DNA of 64,000 nt from Antedon mediterranea (lineage: Eukaryota > Animalia > Echinodermata), in NCBI RefSeq assembly GCF_964355755.1, contig NC_092673.1, positions 12,682,948 to 12,746,947 on the forward strand, read 5' to 3'. Below, piece after piece: positions 27,901 through 42,900 of this stretch. Every line of letters starts with the position of its first letter. Position 1 is the stretch's first letter. A program made the position numbers and the translations under genes. Below the pieces are notes generated by a model. The model ran no database searches. It had not been told where the DNA came from and saw nothing but the letters and a program-made list of their open reading frames with translations.

Positions 27901-30900
27901 GAGATATACATACTAATTTAGGCCAAAAAATCATTTAACTTGGCTTTAGAATTTTTGTATGATTTTGAATACATAAAAGGGACAACTCTACAAGGCATGG
28001 AATCGTTAGAAAACACAGAATTAGCTAGAAAATGGTGGAAAACAAATAATTCCTTTTTAACTTATTTTTTTAACTTATACAAAATGTGACATCATCAAAT
28101 GGCAATTTTTTTCTCTATAGTCATAGATTATCACATACATTAAGTATCTCGGTTATTTTGAACCTGATTTGTGCTCAAATTTCAGTATGTGCTTACTCAA
28201 TTAATTATCTTTCTCATAAGTTGCCAGCGGTTTCATTTTGATGACATCATCACATGTAAAAACTTGAATAACGTAGGTCGTGTAATTTCACCTTCATCAT
28301 ATTTTGAATATCTCACAGCTCTTCATAATCACCGCCTTGATAATTATAATTCATTATCAAAGCCAATGAAATTTGGATATGAATTCATATAAAAATTAAG
28401 CCTTTCGGATGTTGTGACGTTATCATATGACCATTTTTTTTATAGTTTTTTCATCTCTACTTGCCAATTTTTTTCCAAATCTTATATTAATTTTCTCAAT
28501 TCATTATCTTCCGAAATTGTCATTAGTTTTTTTGATAACGTCATTATATCAAGTAAATCGTAAGATGGCATAAATCAACATTGTGCAATCGTATTTTAAC
28601 GTATATGAATCATTTTTTTAATTTAAATGTTTTAATTATGAAAAAAGATTGACCTATAGCTGTAGATGTGCAGGAAACTTTGTTATTTGACTTCATAAAT
28701 TCTGAACAAAAAATATTTTTCAATGAAACTATTGAATGTTTTGACGTTATCATATGGCCAATTGAAGTTAAAAAGTAGTTTTCTCTTTCGTTAAAGTTAT
28801 ACAAATTTCAAAATTTTCTTCCAAATTTTATATTTATTATTCATTATCATCCGAAATTGTAATCTTCAAGTTTTTTTTTATAACGTCATCATACCAAAAA
28901 AATGTTCACCTACTCAAGACTATAAGCATATAGGCATCAGGTCAAACGATGGCATATATCAACATTTTGCGATTGTATTTTAACGTACGTGCATCATTTT
29001 TAAAAATTAAATGTCACCTATAATTCATCAAAGTGACAAATTAAATTCTAGTTTGTATATCATTTTATTGTTCTATCTAGGCCTATTCCAAAGCTGTATG
29101 ATTAATTGGTTGATGGTATTGATTGATTGATTCAAATATGGATAATAATGTTATAGTGGGAGTATATAAAGAAATCAAGAAGTTTCAAACACTATTTTAT
29201 ATAGTGCCAAATTTAAAATTTTCGTCCAGTTAATTGAAAACCTGGCCCTGCCCTCACCACATCTAACCATAACATTTTAAAAGATTGTATTATTTTTATG
29301 TTTATTGTTCTAGCAACAGACTCAAATGGAAGGTAATGGATTTGATATGATTTTTGAAATAGTGTAGCAAATCTTAATTTGTTTAAATTGCTTGCTCTAA
29401 TTAGTTAAAAAATAATTTCTAGGCAAAATTTAAAATCCATTTTATGTGGGTGAAGCTGCTGCAGTTCTAAAAATTTAATGTTTATTTCCTTTTGATTTTA
29501 TGTCTGTACCACAATACCATGTGTGAACAGTACAGCAAAGCTATACCAAATAGAATCCTAATTTGATATGCTTTTCACTCTTACCTACTGTATTTACATT
29601 GTTTCAATACTAAATTATCAAAACAGACAGTAGTGAAATTAGTCAGTACACTGTCACTCTAAAAAAAAGCACCTCCCATTGAATTCACTCACTCGAAGAA
29701 GATTTGTTCAAATATTTTATTACACGTTCTGTGTTCTGTAGCATTTAAACGTATAGTGTCTTTGTGTATATTTCCTTTTGGCTAAATGCTTTGTTTTTTT
29801 TTTCTACTAATTTGCTTGACATTTTCATGTTTTGTTATCAGTTAATATTTTATAATTGATTATACTGCATTGAGCTGTATTTTTTTCATAACTCCTTGGT
29901 TAATTAATAATTGCATGTAAACGCAAGATAGATATTTATATTTTTCTTTAAAATTAATAACCTCATGGGCAGAGGTAATATTATGTCTAAAAAGTCATTA
30001 CATAATGTTGATATTTTGTGTATACCATTTCTACTTCAGTTGTGATAGTAGCATGCAAAACATAGATGTATTTTCTGTAGATAAATCTTGCAGTTTAGGA
30101 TGATTTCATTTTATAAATCCCTGCGAATATTTACAATGTATTTTTGTTTACATTACAAGGTACAGTACAGTATACATGCTTGTTTACCTCCGCCAAGGAG
30201 GTATATGTAATCGGTCGCGTTTGTTTGTCTGTCTGTTTGTTTGTTAGCAGGATTACTCAAAAAGTAATTACAAGATCTTTAACAAAATGAATATACAGGT
30301 AGATATGTGGTCAAGGACCATTCCATTAAATTTTGGGACCATGGTCCCAATTCTGGACCACTTTTTAATATACTTTTCAGACCTGCTAGTTTTAAAAGAT
30401 AGGACAGAATTTTTCAAAAGCCGGTGAGCAGTCTTAAAGTATCAAGTAAGCTGAAATTGCATTTTCTCGAAAACTACTTGTTCAAAAAACTTCATTTTTG
30501 AGGCAAAAGTTATAATTTGTGATTTGTAACTTTAAAACATAATTTGATTTAATGTGCAAGTTTTTTGATGCGAGTAGTTTAAAAAACCTATTTCTTTTCA
30601 AATTCACTCATTTGATTTTCGCGTTTCTGTTCTATTTTTAGTCAACTGAAGCTATTGTTAATTGAAAGGCTTGTTACATAATCATTACACCAAATACACA
30701 TGCTTGTAGTGAAATTAGCCTAAATCACAAACAGCATCAAGACACACACAAATATATAATATATATTTTTTCCCGGAGAAATCTTATGTAGGAGAATTTT
30801 ACAGTAGGCGGAGGTATGCACTCTCGGAGTGGCTTTCTAGTTTAGAAACTTTTTAGATATAGATTTATACTCTCTATACTCCAACCATTTAAGCAAATTT

Positions 30901-33900
30901 TTAGTCCCCACAGTACTAATAATTGTTTTCATTTTTTTTAGATCTCAAACTTCTTACTCAAGTAAGTAATTACTATCTATATTATATTTTATATTACTAT
31001 GAAATTTAGACACACATTATGTTATTTTAGGCGATTTATTTAGAAAAGTGAATTAGTTGCTGAAGTTACATTTACAAGTCCATTAAATACATGTTTAGTC
31101 ATTTCCTGCCTACAATGGTTGGGGCTGAACTAAAAAAATGCGAAAAATAGAGGTGCTAGCTCCTCATAAATTGCACTTATACTTGGAAAATGTCAGGCCT
31201 AGGCTAAAAAAAACCTTTTTGCAGCTGCAGCCGCACTCCTTGCACAGGTGTCCAGTGGTAGAGGCCACCTAGAAAAAAGAAAACATTGATGAAATTACAA
31301 GTTACCACCCGATATCAGTTTTATCAGTTTTTTTCAAAATCTTTGAAATACCAATTGGCAAGGCGGACAGAAGTAAAGTACAATATCACAACCGATCTTA
31401 ATGTATGAGTGTTTATTTAACACCATTCAATTCTGTAAAGATTGAATAAAAAACAAAGGTTACAGTAAAAGTCAACCTGACTAAAAAGCTCATGTAAATA
31501 GAAAACATACATAAAACATTATTTCAATATTAGATTAATGCATCCATAATCCTCAACCCTTTCAATAATGACTTGTCATTAGATAGTTAACATTATTCTT
31601 TTCATGTTCAATTCTGATTCATTAATTCAAACATATTATAAAGCATAATCAATGGAAACTTACTACTTTGACCGGATGTAATTAACATTTAAACAAGTCT
31701 CTGAATAACTTCAGTTCAGTATCTTAAGCAGATTGATTATCCAACACATACTGGAAAACTACATAAGTTACAAAAATAATAACGAACTCAAAGAGAGATA
31801 CTAGATCACGTCCTTTATTTAAACAATTTAACCTAATCACAATTTTGATTTAAATAAGTTACAGGCAATATGTTTCATGACTCAATATCATCTTTGACAA
31901 TTACCCCCTCCCTTGTGTGAAAGCTGCAGTCGCGTGCACAAATTTGAGCACTTTAGTGGATATGTGCGCTGTATAAATCTTAATACAGTATTATTATTAG
32001 TGTTTACCGATTGGTCGACCAACCAATAGCCATAGTGCAGGCAACTAAAAAAAGGCAACGCACAAAAACCCTTAGAAATTCAACGAAAATGTGCATACCA
32101 TTCTACAGACTTGCAATATGTCATAGATCCATATTCATCACAGACCAAATACTTAGAACACACTCTATAAAACCAATAATTTAAAATCCCAATACTCCGC
32201 TAAAAAGAAATTATATTGAGTACTTACTAAAAAAGACAAAGGGGGGAACAAAAAGGCCTATTTTATACTGAGTCGCTCATATCATGATCGGTCTAGAGGT
32301 CTCCAAGGACAAACACCATCCTGTTTTTGTCCTGACCGATCGTGGGCAACACATTTTTTTGTGTATGATTGTTGTCTGCCATGTTTGTACTTTACATTTA
32401 AATGGTTACCAAACTGACAAGCACCTGCGTTGTTTGGTAAACGTAACTGAAAAAAAAAACCACATGTAATTGAGTTTGAACACAGCCTTTGTGTAAATAC
32501 CTCATTACAATTTTGACAGGTTAAATGATCTTGGTTAAAAAATCTAAGGGAGTTATACAAGTCACTAGAAAATATTATTTCTTTCTGTTGTGGGATAGCC
32601 AAAAAAAAAACAACAAAAAACAAATTGATTGATTATACTTTGAAATTTAAGTATAAAAATAAATTAAATAATGTGTTTTTAGTGTTTACAAATGGTAGAG
32701 GAAGCATCAGCCTGGCATTTCCAAATTCTGTGAGATCTGATTCAGGGGAGTACAACTGCAACATTGAGGGAAGACATCAGTATCCAGGAGTATCCAATTT
32801 ATCTTTTTATTGTGAGTTTATCAATTTGAATCAATCTGAAATACTACAGAAACAATGTATCCCAGCATAAAATTAGTTCAGTTACCAATTTAAACAAAAA
32901 TTAAACATTTGTAAAAATCAATTGCATAATATTTGTATCTATAATTGTATGTTTAAGGGATTGAGGTTGTAAATCAAAAGTACTCAGCAGAACAAGGTGT
33001 CAGTAATTTTGAAATGAAGTGCAGATATGGACCAGCAGAATATATGCCAGTAGCATGTTACAAGTGGAAGAAGATTAAGGAAGATGGCACAACAGAGATT
33101 GGGAATTGTAAAGAAGATTATAGATTTGTAGTAACAAGTTACCAAAATAGCATTCTGTCTTTAAAGATAAAGAATGTTATACTTGGTGATGCTGGCAATT
33201 ATAAATGTGAAGTGAAGCCAGTTGATGGAGAGAAGAAGCTGGAAGATACTACACATCTAACAGTTAGGAAAGGTAATTTGTATTGTATATACTACACATC
33301 TAACAGTTAGGAAAGGTAATTTGTATTGTATATACTACACATCTAACAGTTAGGAAAGGTAATTTGTATTGTATATACTACACATCTAACAGTTAGGAAA
33401 GGTAATTTGTATTGTATATACTACACATCTAACAGTTAGGAAAGGTAATTTGTATTGTATATACTACACATCTAACAGTTAGGAAAGGTAATTTGTATTG
33501 TATATACTACACATCTAACAGTTAGGAAAGGTAATTTGTATTACTACACATCTAACAGTTAGGAAAGGTAATTTGTATTGTATATACTACACATCTAACA
33601 GTTAGGAAAGGTAATTTGTATTGTATATACTACACATCTAACATTTAGGAAAGGTAATTTGTATTGTATATTTATTCAATGCTGTTTGTAAAACTGGTGA
33701 CTGTCAGAGAAATTTCTAGATTTGGCTAATTTTGATAACTTCAAATATTAATAAAACAATTTTAAGGTTGATACTTTGTGGATTATAAATTTATTAGGAA
33801 AATAAAGAAGAAATGCAAAAACTATATAGTGGCTATTTCCAAATATAGTGGTGGTGATGGTGATAATACTATAAAATAATAACACTATACATTAATTAAT

Positions 33901-36900
33901 GTATAAAGCAGGCACATCATTATTGATAATTCTTTTAGCATTCAAATGCAGTATTGTCAGTAAAACCATTGGCATTAAAAAGATTTGATCAGTTCAGAAT
34001 TTAGAAGTGTTTTTGTTTTTTTTAATTTAAAAAAAAACATTTTCTTATCATCTTTCCTATTATTATTATTATTATTATTAATATTGTTGTTATTAATGTT
34101 GTTGTTATTAATGTTGTTGTTGTTGTTGTTGCTGCTGTTATTATTATAACTTTTAAAAAAAATCCTTAATTCACCCCCTGTCAAAGAATAATAAACCTGA
34201 AGCTCTCAATGACTATAGGCCCGCTGTACCTATGAAATGTTTCGAAAAATTAATTAAGAATGAGATTTTAAGTGAGACTGAGAGTCTTGGATCCCTGTCA
34301 ATTTGCCTACCATTCCAAAAGGGGGGTAGAAGATGCAGTTACAACTTTATTACATAAAATACTTGGTCATGTTGACAGGCCAAATTCGTATGCCAGAGTT
34401 TTATTCTTAGATTTTTTGTCCGCTTTTAACACTTTGCAACCTCATATTTTAATGGAGAAAATGAATGTCTTGGGTATAAATCCAGCTACTATTTTATGAA
34501 TCAATGATTTTTTAAAAGATTGGGAACAATTCGTCTGTTTTAATGATAATATTTCAGAAAAACTTATGTGCAATACTGGTGCACCACAAGGTTGTGTTTT
34601 ATCTCCTATTTTATTTTCTTTATATACTAATGATTTTAAATGTTCATATGATCTAGTTTTAACCAAATGCTTTACTGTGAAATACGCTGATGACACCGGT
34701 CTAGTTGGCCTGATAAAACATGATGACCCTAAGTCATATTTTGATAACGTCAGTTATTTTTCTACTTGGTGTTCTAATAACTATCTAAAATTAAATGTTA
34801 ACAAGACTACAGAAATGATCATTGATTTTAGAAAAGGTAACAAAACACATGATAAGCTATGTATATTAAACGATGAAGTGGAAGTTGTTAGTAACTTTAA
34901 GTATCTAGGCACAGTAATCGATGATAAACTTAATTGGAAGGAAAACAAGGTAGTTACCACAAATTGTTATAAACGACTGTACTTTTTGAGAAGATTGAAG
35001 AAATTTCATGTGTGCAATAGGATCTTGACTTTATTTTATGAATCTGTTATTTTATCTGTTTTAACTTTTAATGCAATAGTTTAGTTCAACAATTTAAACC
35101 AGCAATGCAGGAAAAAAGTACAAAGAATAAGTAAATCTGCCAAAAAGATAATAGGAAATGATATTAAGAAATCAGATGAAGTTGTTAACAACGCACTTAC
35201 AAATAAACTTAAAGTTATTATGTCAGATGTTAGCCACCCCCTTAACCAGTACATTACGTTAAGCCGATCTGGGCGCATTACATATCCTCGCTGGAACACT
35301 GAACGCCTACGTAGATCCTTTCTCCCATCTGCTATGAGGCATTTTAATTTAATGTGGACAACGATAACTGCAATAAGTATCTTAACTGTATTTTTAACTT
35401 AATTTGTACTTTTTGTGTCCTCTTTTAAATTTTTTATATTACATCTTGTTCTCTGTTTTATGTGATTTTATTCTTTTTTACTGTTTGTGCGACAATGTTT
35501 TTAGACAATTTTAATGTGTGTACTTTCAGCCAAAGTTTCAAGCCATTCATGAGTTTGACAATAAAGTTTATTGAATTAAATTGAAAACTTAATTTTTTAT
35601 TTCATTTCGGTTGCTTTCATTTCTAAATTTGTTTTTATCTGTATTAAATTATTAATTGTTGTGTCTATTACAGCTACATCATTGGTGATGATACACACTG
35701 TTGTCAAGTCTTTGGCAGGAGGAGAGGCAAAAATTCATTACATTATATTACCAATAAGTTACCATATCAAACAAATTGTTTTTCAAAAACTTGAATCAAA
35801 TACATGGAAGACAGTTGCTGATAATTCAACACGTACTGGCAAATATTGTATAACAATGGAAAACAACTTGAAAGGCTTTCTGAACATTGTTGACGTTCAA
35901 ACAACTGATGCTGGTGAATATCGGTGCCATTGTTTGACAGGGGGAAATTATATTTACTCAGAAATATGTAAATTAGAAGTAGTACAACTAGGCTGTAAGT
36001 ATAGTAGATAACTATAATGATAATTTTAATTGGAATAACACATCAATTGATAGTGCCTAATATTTTTAACAACACAAAACTTGAACTAAAAATACACTGG
36101 CCAGAGAATATCAAGACATTAAAAGAAATCATATTAAACAAAGAGAACATTGAAACGAAAAAAAACAACATAACAAACTAATGATGTATAAGTATATTTA
36201 CTCTTAAAACTGTTTTGACATAAATTTTGCATATATCAATTAAAATTAGTAAAATCTTCGGATCTTTCAACATTAGACTTAACTATTAGTGTCCTGTTGC
36301 CTTTTTGCAATTTACTTAATATTTGAGCAAGCCATGAACTGTGTTTAATCTTGAGATATTACTAACAATTATACAAATTGAGTTTAAAAGCATGAACACA
36401 GAATTATGCCCTTTGATTCTATCCCAATTTTTCAAAATCTCAAAATTCAGTGAAACCTATCTTTCAGCATTTAAATAATAAAAAGTCATGTAGGTCTACT
36501 GCACCACTTTTTTTCTACTTTACTACTGTTTCTTTTACAACTGGAGTTATTATGCATCAGTATGGCATGCTGCATTTTCAATGTTAATTAGTTCATGTTG
36601 GAAATTGATTATTAGAATGTTTCATTTGTTAGTTGATGAAGTCATTGACATCACAAGCTACAATTATTTCATAAAATTCATTCATGAAATAATTGTAAAT
36701 AAACATTATTTTTGAAAAATATTGAAAAAAGAAACTTAATAATAATTAATATACTAATAATTAAACTTAAACATATGATACAATTAAAAAAAAACAGAAA
36801 ACAATTATTTATTGAAACATTACCAACAATTATAGATAAAGGGTATGATTCGGATGTTGTAGAAATTTACTAATTGCACATATTGCTTTTATGCATAATT

Positions 36901-39900
36901 CATTTTGAAATAGTGAATTTCAGCACAATAGTGTGTAGGCCTATCTACTGCAGATTATTGATTAAAACTTAATGAACATTGTCAATATTGGCCTAATCTA
37001 TCTTATCTCTTTATTATGTTTTATAGACATGGATAATTCTTTTGCAACACATGGAGAAAAAGCAATTTTAACTTGCAAGTATAAAACTAAGGATGAAAAA
37101 ATTTGTGTTAGTTGGTATACGAAGACTAATGATGGAAACAAATTGATATGGTCTTCTGACGAATCGCAAAAGACAGAAGCAATGCAAGAAAGATGCAAGG
37201 CAACCTGTGATGTTAATGGAACATGCTTAGAGTTTGAGAAAGTAGCTTTAACTGATGCTGGAGAGTACGTGTGTAAACTTAGTAAGAATGTGATTTCTGA
37301 AGATGGTACGAATAGCAAAATAGCAAACACAATAACAGCAAACCTATGTGTACAATGTAAGTACATTTTTGTTAAGCTTTTTCTTTCTGAAAATTTCACA
37401 AATTTTAATGAAAATGCAATTAATCATTAATTTTTTTAAACACTGTGTTCGCCACTGTGTCTGCCAAACACTCTGATGTTATTGAGGAGTTTTGAACGTT
37501 TGTGATCTATGGGCTCAACACTACCAAGCTCTTTTAAACTGTAAATAATGATGTCAAATAACTGAATAAATGTGTATGAATGAATTAATAATTGTATATT
37601 GATAGTAAAGTTATATATAATACTGTATTACAGTAATAAAAGATACAACAGACTGTATAAATAAGCTTTTTAATGGTAAAGCTGCTGGGTTGGATGGTTT
37701 GGCAGTCAAACAGCATAAATACGCTAGCAAACGGCTGTTTGTTTTAAGTAATTGTTTGAAATATATATGTTGTGAAAGGTCAAAAGGTCAGGTGAAAGGT
37801 TATATGAACAAACGCATACAGGTCTCTCAATCCCGACAACCAATGGTCACAGAGAGGTAATTTTGGTCACAAATTGTTCAGAAAACAAGCATATTCAGTC
37901 TAACAGGATATTTTAGTTAAAAATGAATGGGAATGCTATTTCTGACCTTTGAACCACATCAAGAGACATGCGTTCATATATCCGTAACTATTGGTCATGT
38001 CAGAGACTGGGAGTCGGTCTGACTCATATTTATATTTGCTTTAAAAAGCATGGTGAATAGGAGAAATACAGCACATGGTGAAAAAAAAAAATTATACAAA
38101 CAATATATTTTATCACAAAATCCTAATCGCAAACTAACATACACAAAATATAACAATATGTTTAATAAGCTTTGCCGCACTGCAAAAAGGAATTATTTTT
38201 CTTTACAATTTGACACGGTCAAAGACAATCTTAAAAAAACCTGGTCCATTAGTAATTAATTCTTCTCCCCTAATAATAAGTCAAGTCGAAACTATCCCAA
38301 ACAACTTACAATAAATGACAATACCATTACATCTGAAATAGATATTTGTAATCAATTTAATAAATATTTTTCTCAAATTGGCACTTCACTTTAAATTCAA
38401 TGCCAGATTCCTTAATTAATCCTAAATCATATCTTCCTGATCCCCTTCTCCATTCTTTCTTTATAAATCCTGTAACTGAACATGAAGTGATGATAATTAT
38501 AAATGATCTTGATCCAAATAAAGGAAGTGGCGATGATAGAGTTACACCATACGTTATTATTTATTTCTTCTCTTATTGACGCCTCTAATTGTCCTGACCC
38601 GTCTCCTTATCTGTCATCTTGTAACTCTTTCTTTTCTCTTGATGAAGACTTTGTCCAAACTGAATTAACTTCCACCAATCCCAATACTTCTACCGGACCA
38701 GATTTAATTGATGGTAATTTTCTTAAAGCTGCTTCGGCTATTATTGTTCCTCATCTTACTGTTATCTTTAATCTCTCTATCAATTCTAATTGCTTTCCCT
38801 CTGCCTGGAAAACATCTAAAGTTATTCCTATCTTTAAATCAAGCAAAAGAAATGACCTTAACAACTACCGGCCTATCTCTATCCTTCCCCTTTGCTCTAA
38901 AATTATTGAAAAATCTATTTCCCAACAAATCTATTCTTACCTTGACTCTAATAACTTAATATCTACCTCCCAATCTGGATTTCGTCCCCATCATTCTACT
39001 CTCTGCTCTCACCAACACATATGATAACTGGCTTCACAATATCAATAACAAGAAACTTACTGACACTATCTTTATCGATCTCAAAAAAGCTTTCGACACT
39101 ATTGACCATAATATTCTTCTAGCTAAATTACCCTACTATGGATTTTCTCCTTCAACTATCTCTTGGCTCTGATCTTATCTTTCTAATCGCTCTCAACAAA
39201 TTCTTTTTGAAAAAACTCTTTCTTCCTCTGGTTTTCTTTCTACGACCTTTCATCTTCTCTAATGTCTAATAACTCTAATCTACATGTTGACATGTATTTT
39301 TTTTTTTTTTTTTTTAAACCAGAAACAACAGCAGAAACAAATCTGCCACTTACAGCTTGGTTTAAAGTATGCTGACGATACCATCATCTATTATTCTAAC
39401 TCCTCTTCTAAACTAATTGAACAGAATCTTAATAATGCTCTAATTCATCTCTCTACCTGGCTAAAATCTAACACTCAATATTGCAAAAACTAAATCTATG
39501 CTCATTGGCTCTTCTCAAAAACTTAAATCTAACTCTATTAACCTTACTCTTAATGATTCTCCTATTCAATCTGTTACTTCTCACAAACACATTTCCCTTT
39601 GTAAAAAACTCAATTCTATTATCTACTCAAATGTACCTCTAAATTTACCAACAAATCTTCTCTTCATCTTCTGTACAATTCACTTTTCCTTTCTAGACTT
39701 GACTACTGCTGCTCTGTCTGGGGTTCTAAACCTTCTTCTACCACTAAACTTAAAAAAATCCAGAATAAAGCTATCCGTCTACTACTCGATCTATCTCCCA
39801 CTACACATCTCTCTCCTCATCACTTTTCCAGTGCTAAGACTCTCCACTTCCATGAACGATACCTCTTTCAGCTTGCATGTCTATCTTTCAAGGCTCTACA

Positions 39901-42900
39901 TCACTCTGCTCCACTTACTATCTGTCAGCTTTTAACTAAAGTCACTTCAAACGGCCGTATGAACACTAGGCAAGTTACTAAAGGAGATCTTCTTATCCCT
40001 CATCCTTACCTTGAAATCTTTAAACTTTCTTTTAGTTTCAATGCTCCTTCTTTCTTTAATTCTACCTTTAAGCATTCGTAATTCTTACAATTTCTTCTCC
40101 TTTAAATCTCTTTTGAAATAACACCTGTTTCTCTCTCTCTGATATTATTTCTTTTTATCCTTCTTTCATTGTTGGCCTACTGTATATTTATATTTATATA
40201 TATTTATATTTTATATTTACTATTTTTTATATCTTTGTTAATTTTGTATTTTTATAGTTTATTTTGTATTTTCTGTTTGTATTGTTTGAGGGTCCCTAAA
40301 GGCCAACTCAGACAGCGTCATAAGACGAGGCCCGACGAGGCGTCTTGTCTGGACTTGACTCGTCTGTGCTGTCTGATTTGAATCCAGACGAGACGGGTCG
40401 TCGTGAGATAACGTCGGGGGTAGTTTTAGGTCGTCGTGAGCATATTAAACATGTTTAATTTTCACCCGACGGGACGACTCGTTTGTTGGGTATTGACCAA
40501 TCACAGGCGTTTAAATTATGACGGCAGGTCACGAGGGGAAAAGTTTTTATCGAAGAGCGCGAAGAAGAAGTAATGTGCTTCGCGGGGATTAATATTTCCA
40601 TCATCATGGCGGTCAGTGGTGGTGGTGCACGTGAAGAAGATTTATGGTCAGAAGAGGCCGAGTCTTGCCTTATTGACCTTTGGAGGAATGAAATGTGTCT
40701 ATATGACACTACCCCCAAAGAGTATAGCAATCGACAGCTTAGGCAAATAAAAGTAGAAGAATTCGCCGTAATATTAGGAAAAAGTGGTAAGTCCAACAAA
40801 TAATATTAATAGGCCTAAGGCCCCTCCTAGGCTAGGCTAGGGCGTATCTAGGCCTAGGCTATGCACAACAGCTATTTTACTAATAATAATATAGCCTAGG
40901 CCTAGTGTATGTAGGCCTAGGCCTATTATTAATTATTGCCAAAAATGAATGACCCACACTCGACTCACTAGCCTAAACACTTTCCTGCAACAACTCCTAG
41001 CCTAGCCTAGGCCTAGAATATTATTAATTAACTAACTAGGCCTAAGCCTAGGCTAGGCCTAGTTAGGTCCCTATGGCATGCTAGTCTCTAGCCTAGGTTT
41101 GGCTAATATTAAATATTAAGCTTGAGACTAGGCCTACCTACTAGACTAGGCTCTTTTATTACTATACTGTACTGTGCGTAGTGTAGGCCCCTAGACTAAA
41201 CTAGGAAATTTCATTTTAAAATTTTGTTTAGCAATTATTGCTAATCAAACTGATTTTTTAGTCGAGAAACATAGTTTTGTATTGTATTTTTTGCTACACA
41301 ATTTTAGAAATGTGTAGCAATAAGGTTGTTTTATATAGCTTTTTGCTATGCTACACTGGCGAAATTATTCCCTGGGCCTAGTACTAGTTAGTACTAGTAG
41401 TAATAGTAAAATATTATTATTATAGGCCTAACTAGCCTACCTAGTAGTAGTAGCATTAATATATAGATAGTAGGCCTAATATTATGGGCTAGTATTAGCC
41501 TAGGCCTAGTAGGCCCTAAAAGTTCCACAAATAAACTAGTCTCTACTACTTTGTCTTTACTTACTAGGTCTAGCCTAGAGAGAGGCCCCTAGGCATATTA
41601 TAAATTATCAGCAACATTCACATGAATTCATTCACTTTCATTGGCAAGAAAAATAAATAAGCAAAACTGCGCCTCTTATTATATGCCCTATATAGGTAAT
41701 TTAATTATTAATATTTATTATTTGTATCAATATCATATAATCATATACACAGTATATATTCCAAGTAAATTTAAACATTAAATAAACAGTAAAATATGAT
41801 ATAATTTTATTATTAATAATTGTATTTATATTATATACACAGTATACATTCCAAGTAAAGGTAAAATAAATTGTATAAAATATAATGTAATTTAATTATT
41901 AATATTTGTATCAATATCATATATCATATACACAGTATATATTCCAAGTAAATGTAAAATAAATGGTAAAAATGGATTGTGATTATATAGATTATTAATA
42001 TATTATGATTTAATTACCGTATATATATATTTGTATTTTAATAGACATTGAGATCAAAAAACATATAAATTCCCTGAGGACCCAATTTATGCGTTACAGA
42101 AAGAGCCTGCCTAGTGGGAGAACAGCTAGGCAGCAATGGGTGCTGGAGCGATGTGACTGGCTTACTCCATACATTAAGCAGAGGGCGTCTCAGTCCACAT
42201 TAGATGTAAGTAATACTATAGCCTAAAGATGGTTGTATAAAGTAGAGTCCTCAATGAGAATACTGTAAAACAAATTGTGAAAATAAAAGGAAGCATAATA
42301 GTTGGAATTTCTGTAGCACGTATACAGTATACTGTGTATCTAAATCATTTGGTCTTGCCATTCAATGGATCCTTCTTTTGATGAAAAGTATGTGGTTAAT
42401 ATTTCTCTCTGTTGCTTGGCAGCAGATGTAAAATTGTTGTGCCTATCAAGTTGAACAGGCACCATGGATGGTTGCTGTCGCCACTGTCCTTCAACAACAT
42501 TGTGCGCCCCATTTTCCAGGTCGACAAAACCTGGTGGATTGTAGGCACTATTGCTTCTTAGCATGTTGTGCAAAGCAGCACATGCCAACACTAACGGTTG
42601 AAGGTGTTCCGGCAGTATTTTGATCATCGTCAAGAATACACCAAATTTATTTGCAAAGATCCCAAAAGCATTCTCAGAAACCCTCCTAGCTCTTGACAGA
42701 CGATAATTGAATACTCTTTGTTGTTTCGTTAAATGCCTTAGAGGATGTGGCTTCATAATGTCCTCCCGCAATGGGAATGCATCGTCTGCTACTATCATAT
42801 ATGGAACTGTCGTATTTGTTCCAGGCAATGGACTCGGGGTTGGTACTCCAATTGCTTTGTTCTTAAGGCCCTTATCCAACGAGCATTTTGAGAACACCCC

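Noticed and set aside
32282-32623. Cys/His-rich minus-strand ORF as a zinc-finger gene
   Set aside because: No coherent motif or splice support; at most retroelement debris
33975-34184. Poly-Asn ORF
   Set aside because: Translation of a (TTA/TTG)n microsatellite
36998-37399. Antisense ORFs opposite Ig exons and transposases (also 47387-47791, 10601-11101, 12631-13041)
   Set aside because: Shadow ORFs of real coding sequence on the other strand
37441-37460. Two CACTGTG motifs after an IgV exon, suggesting V(D)J-like recombination
   Set aside because: No nonamer, absent from copy 2, and the exons are complete with normal splice donors
40800-41600. Dense CTAGGCCTAG palindromes as a regulatory array
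   Set aside because: The same low-complexity motif occurs throughout the window near promoters and TE ends and looks like genome background
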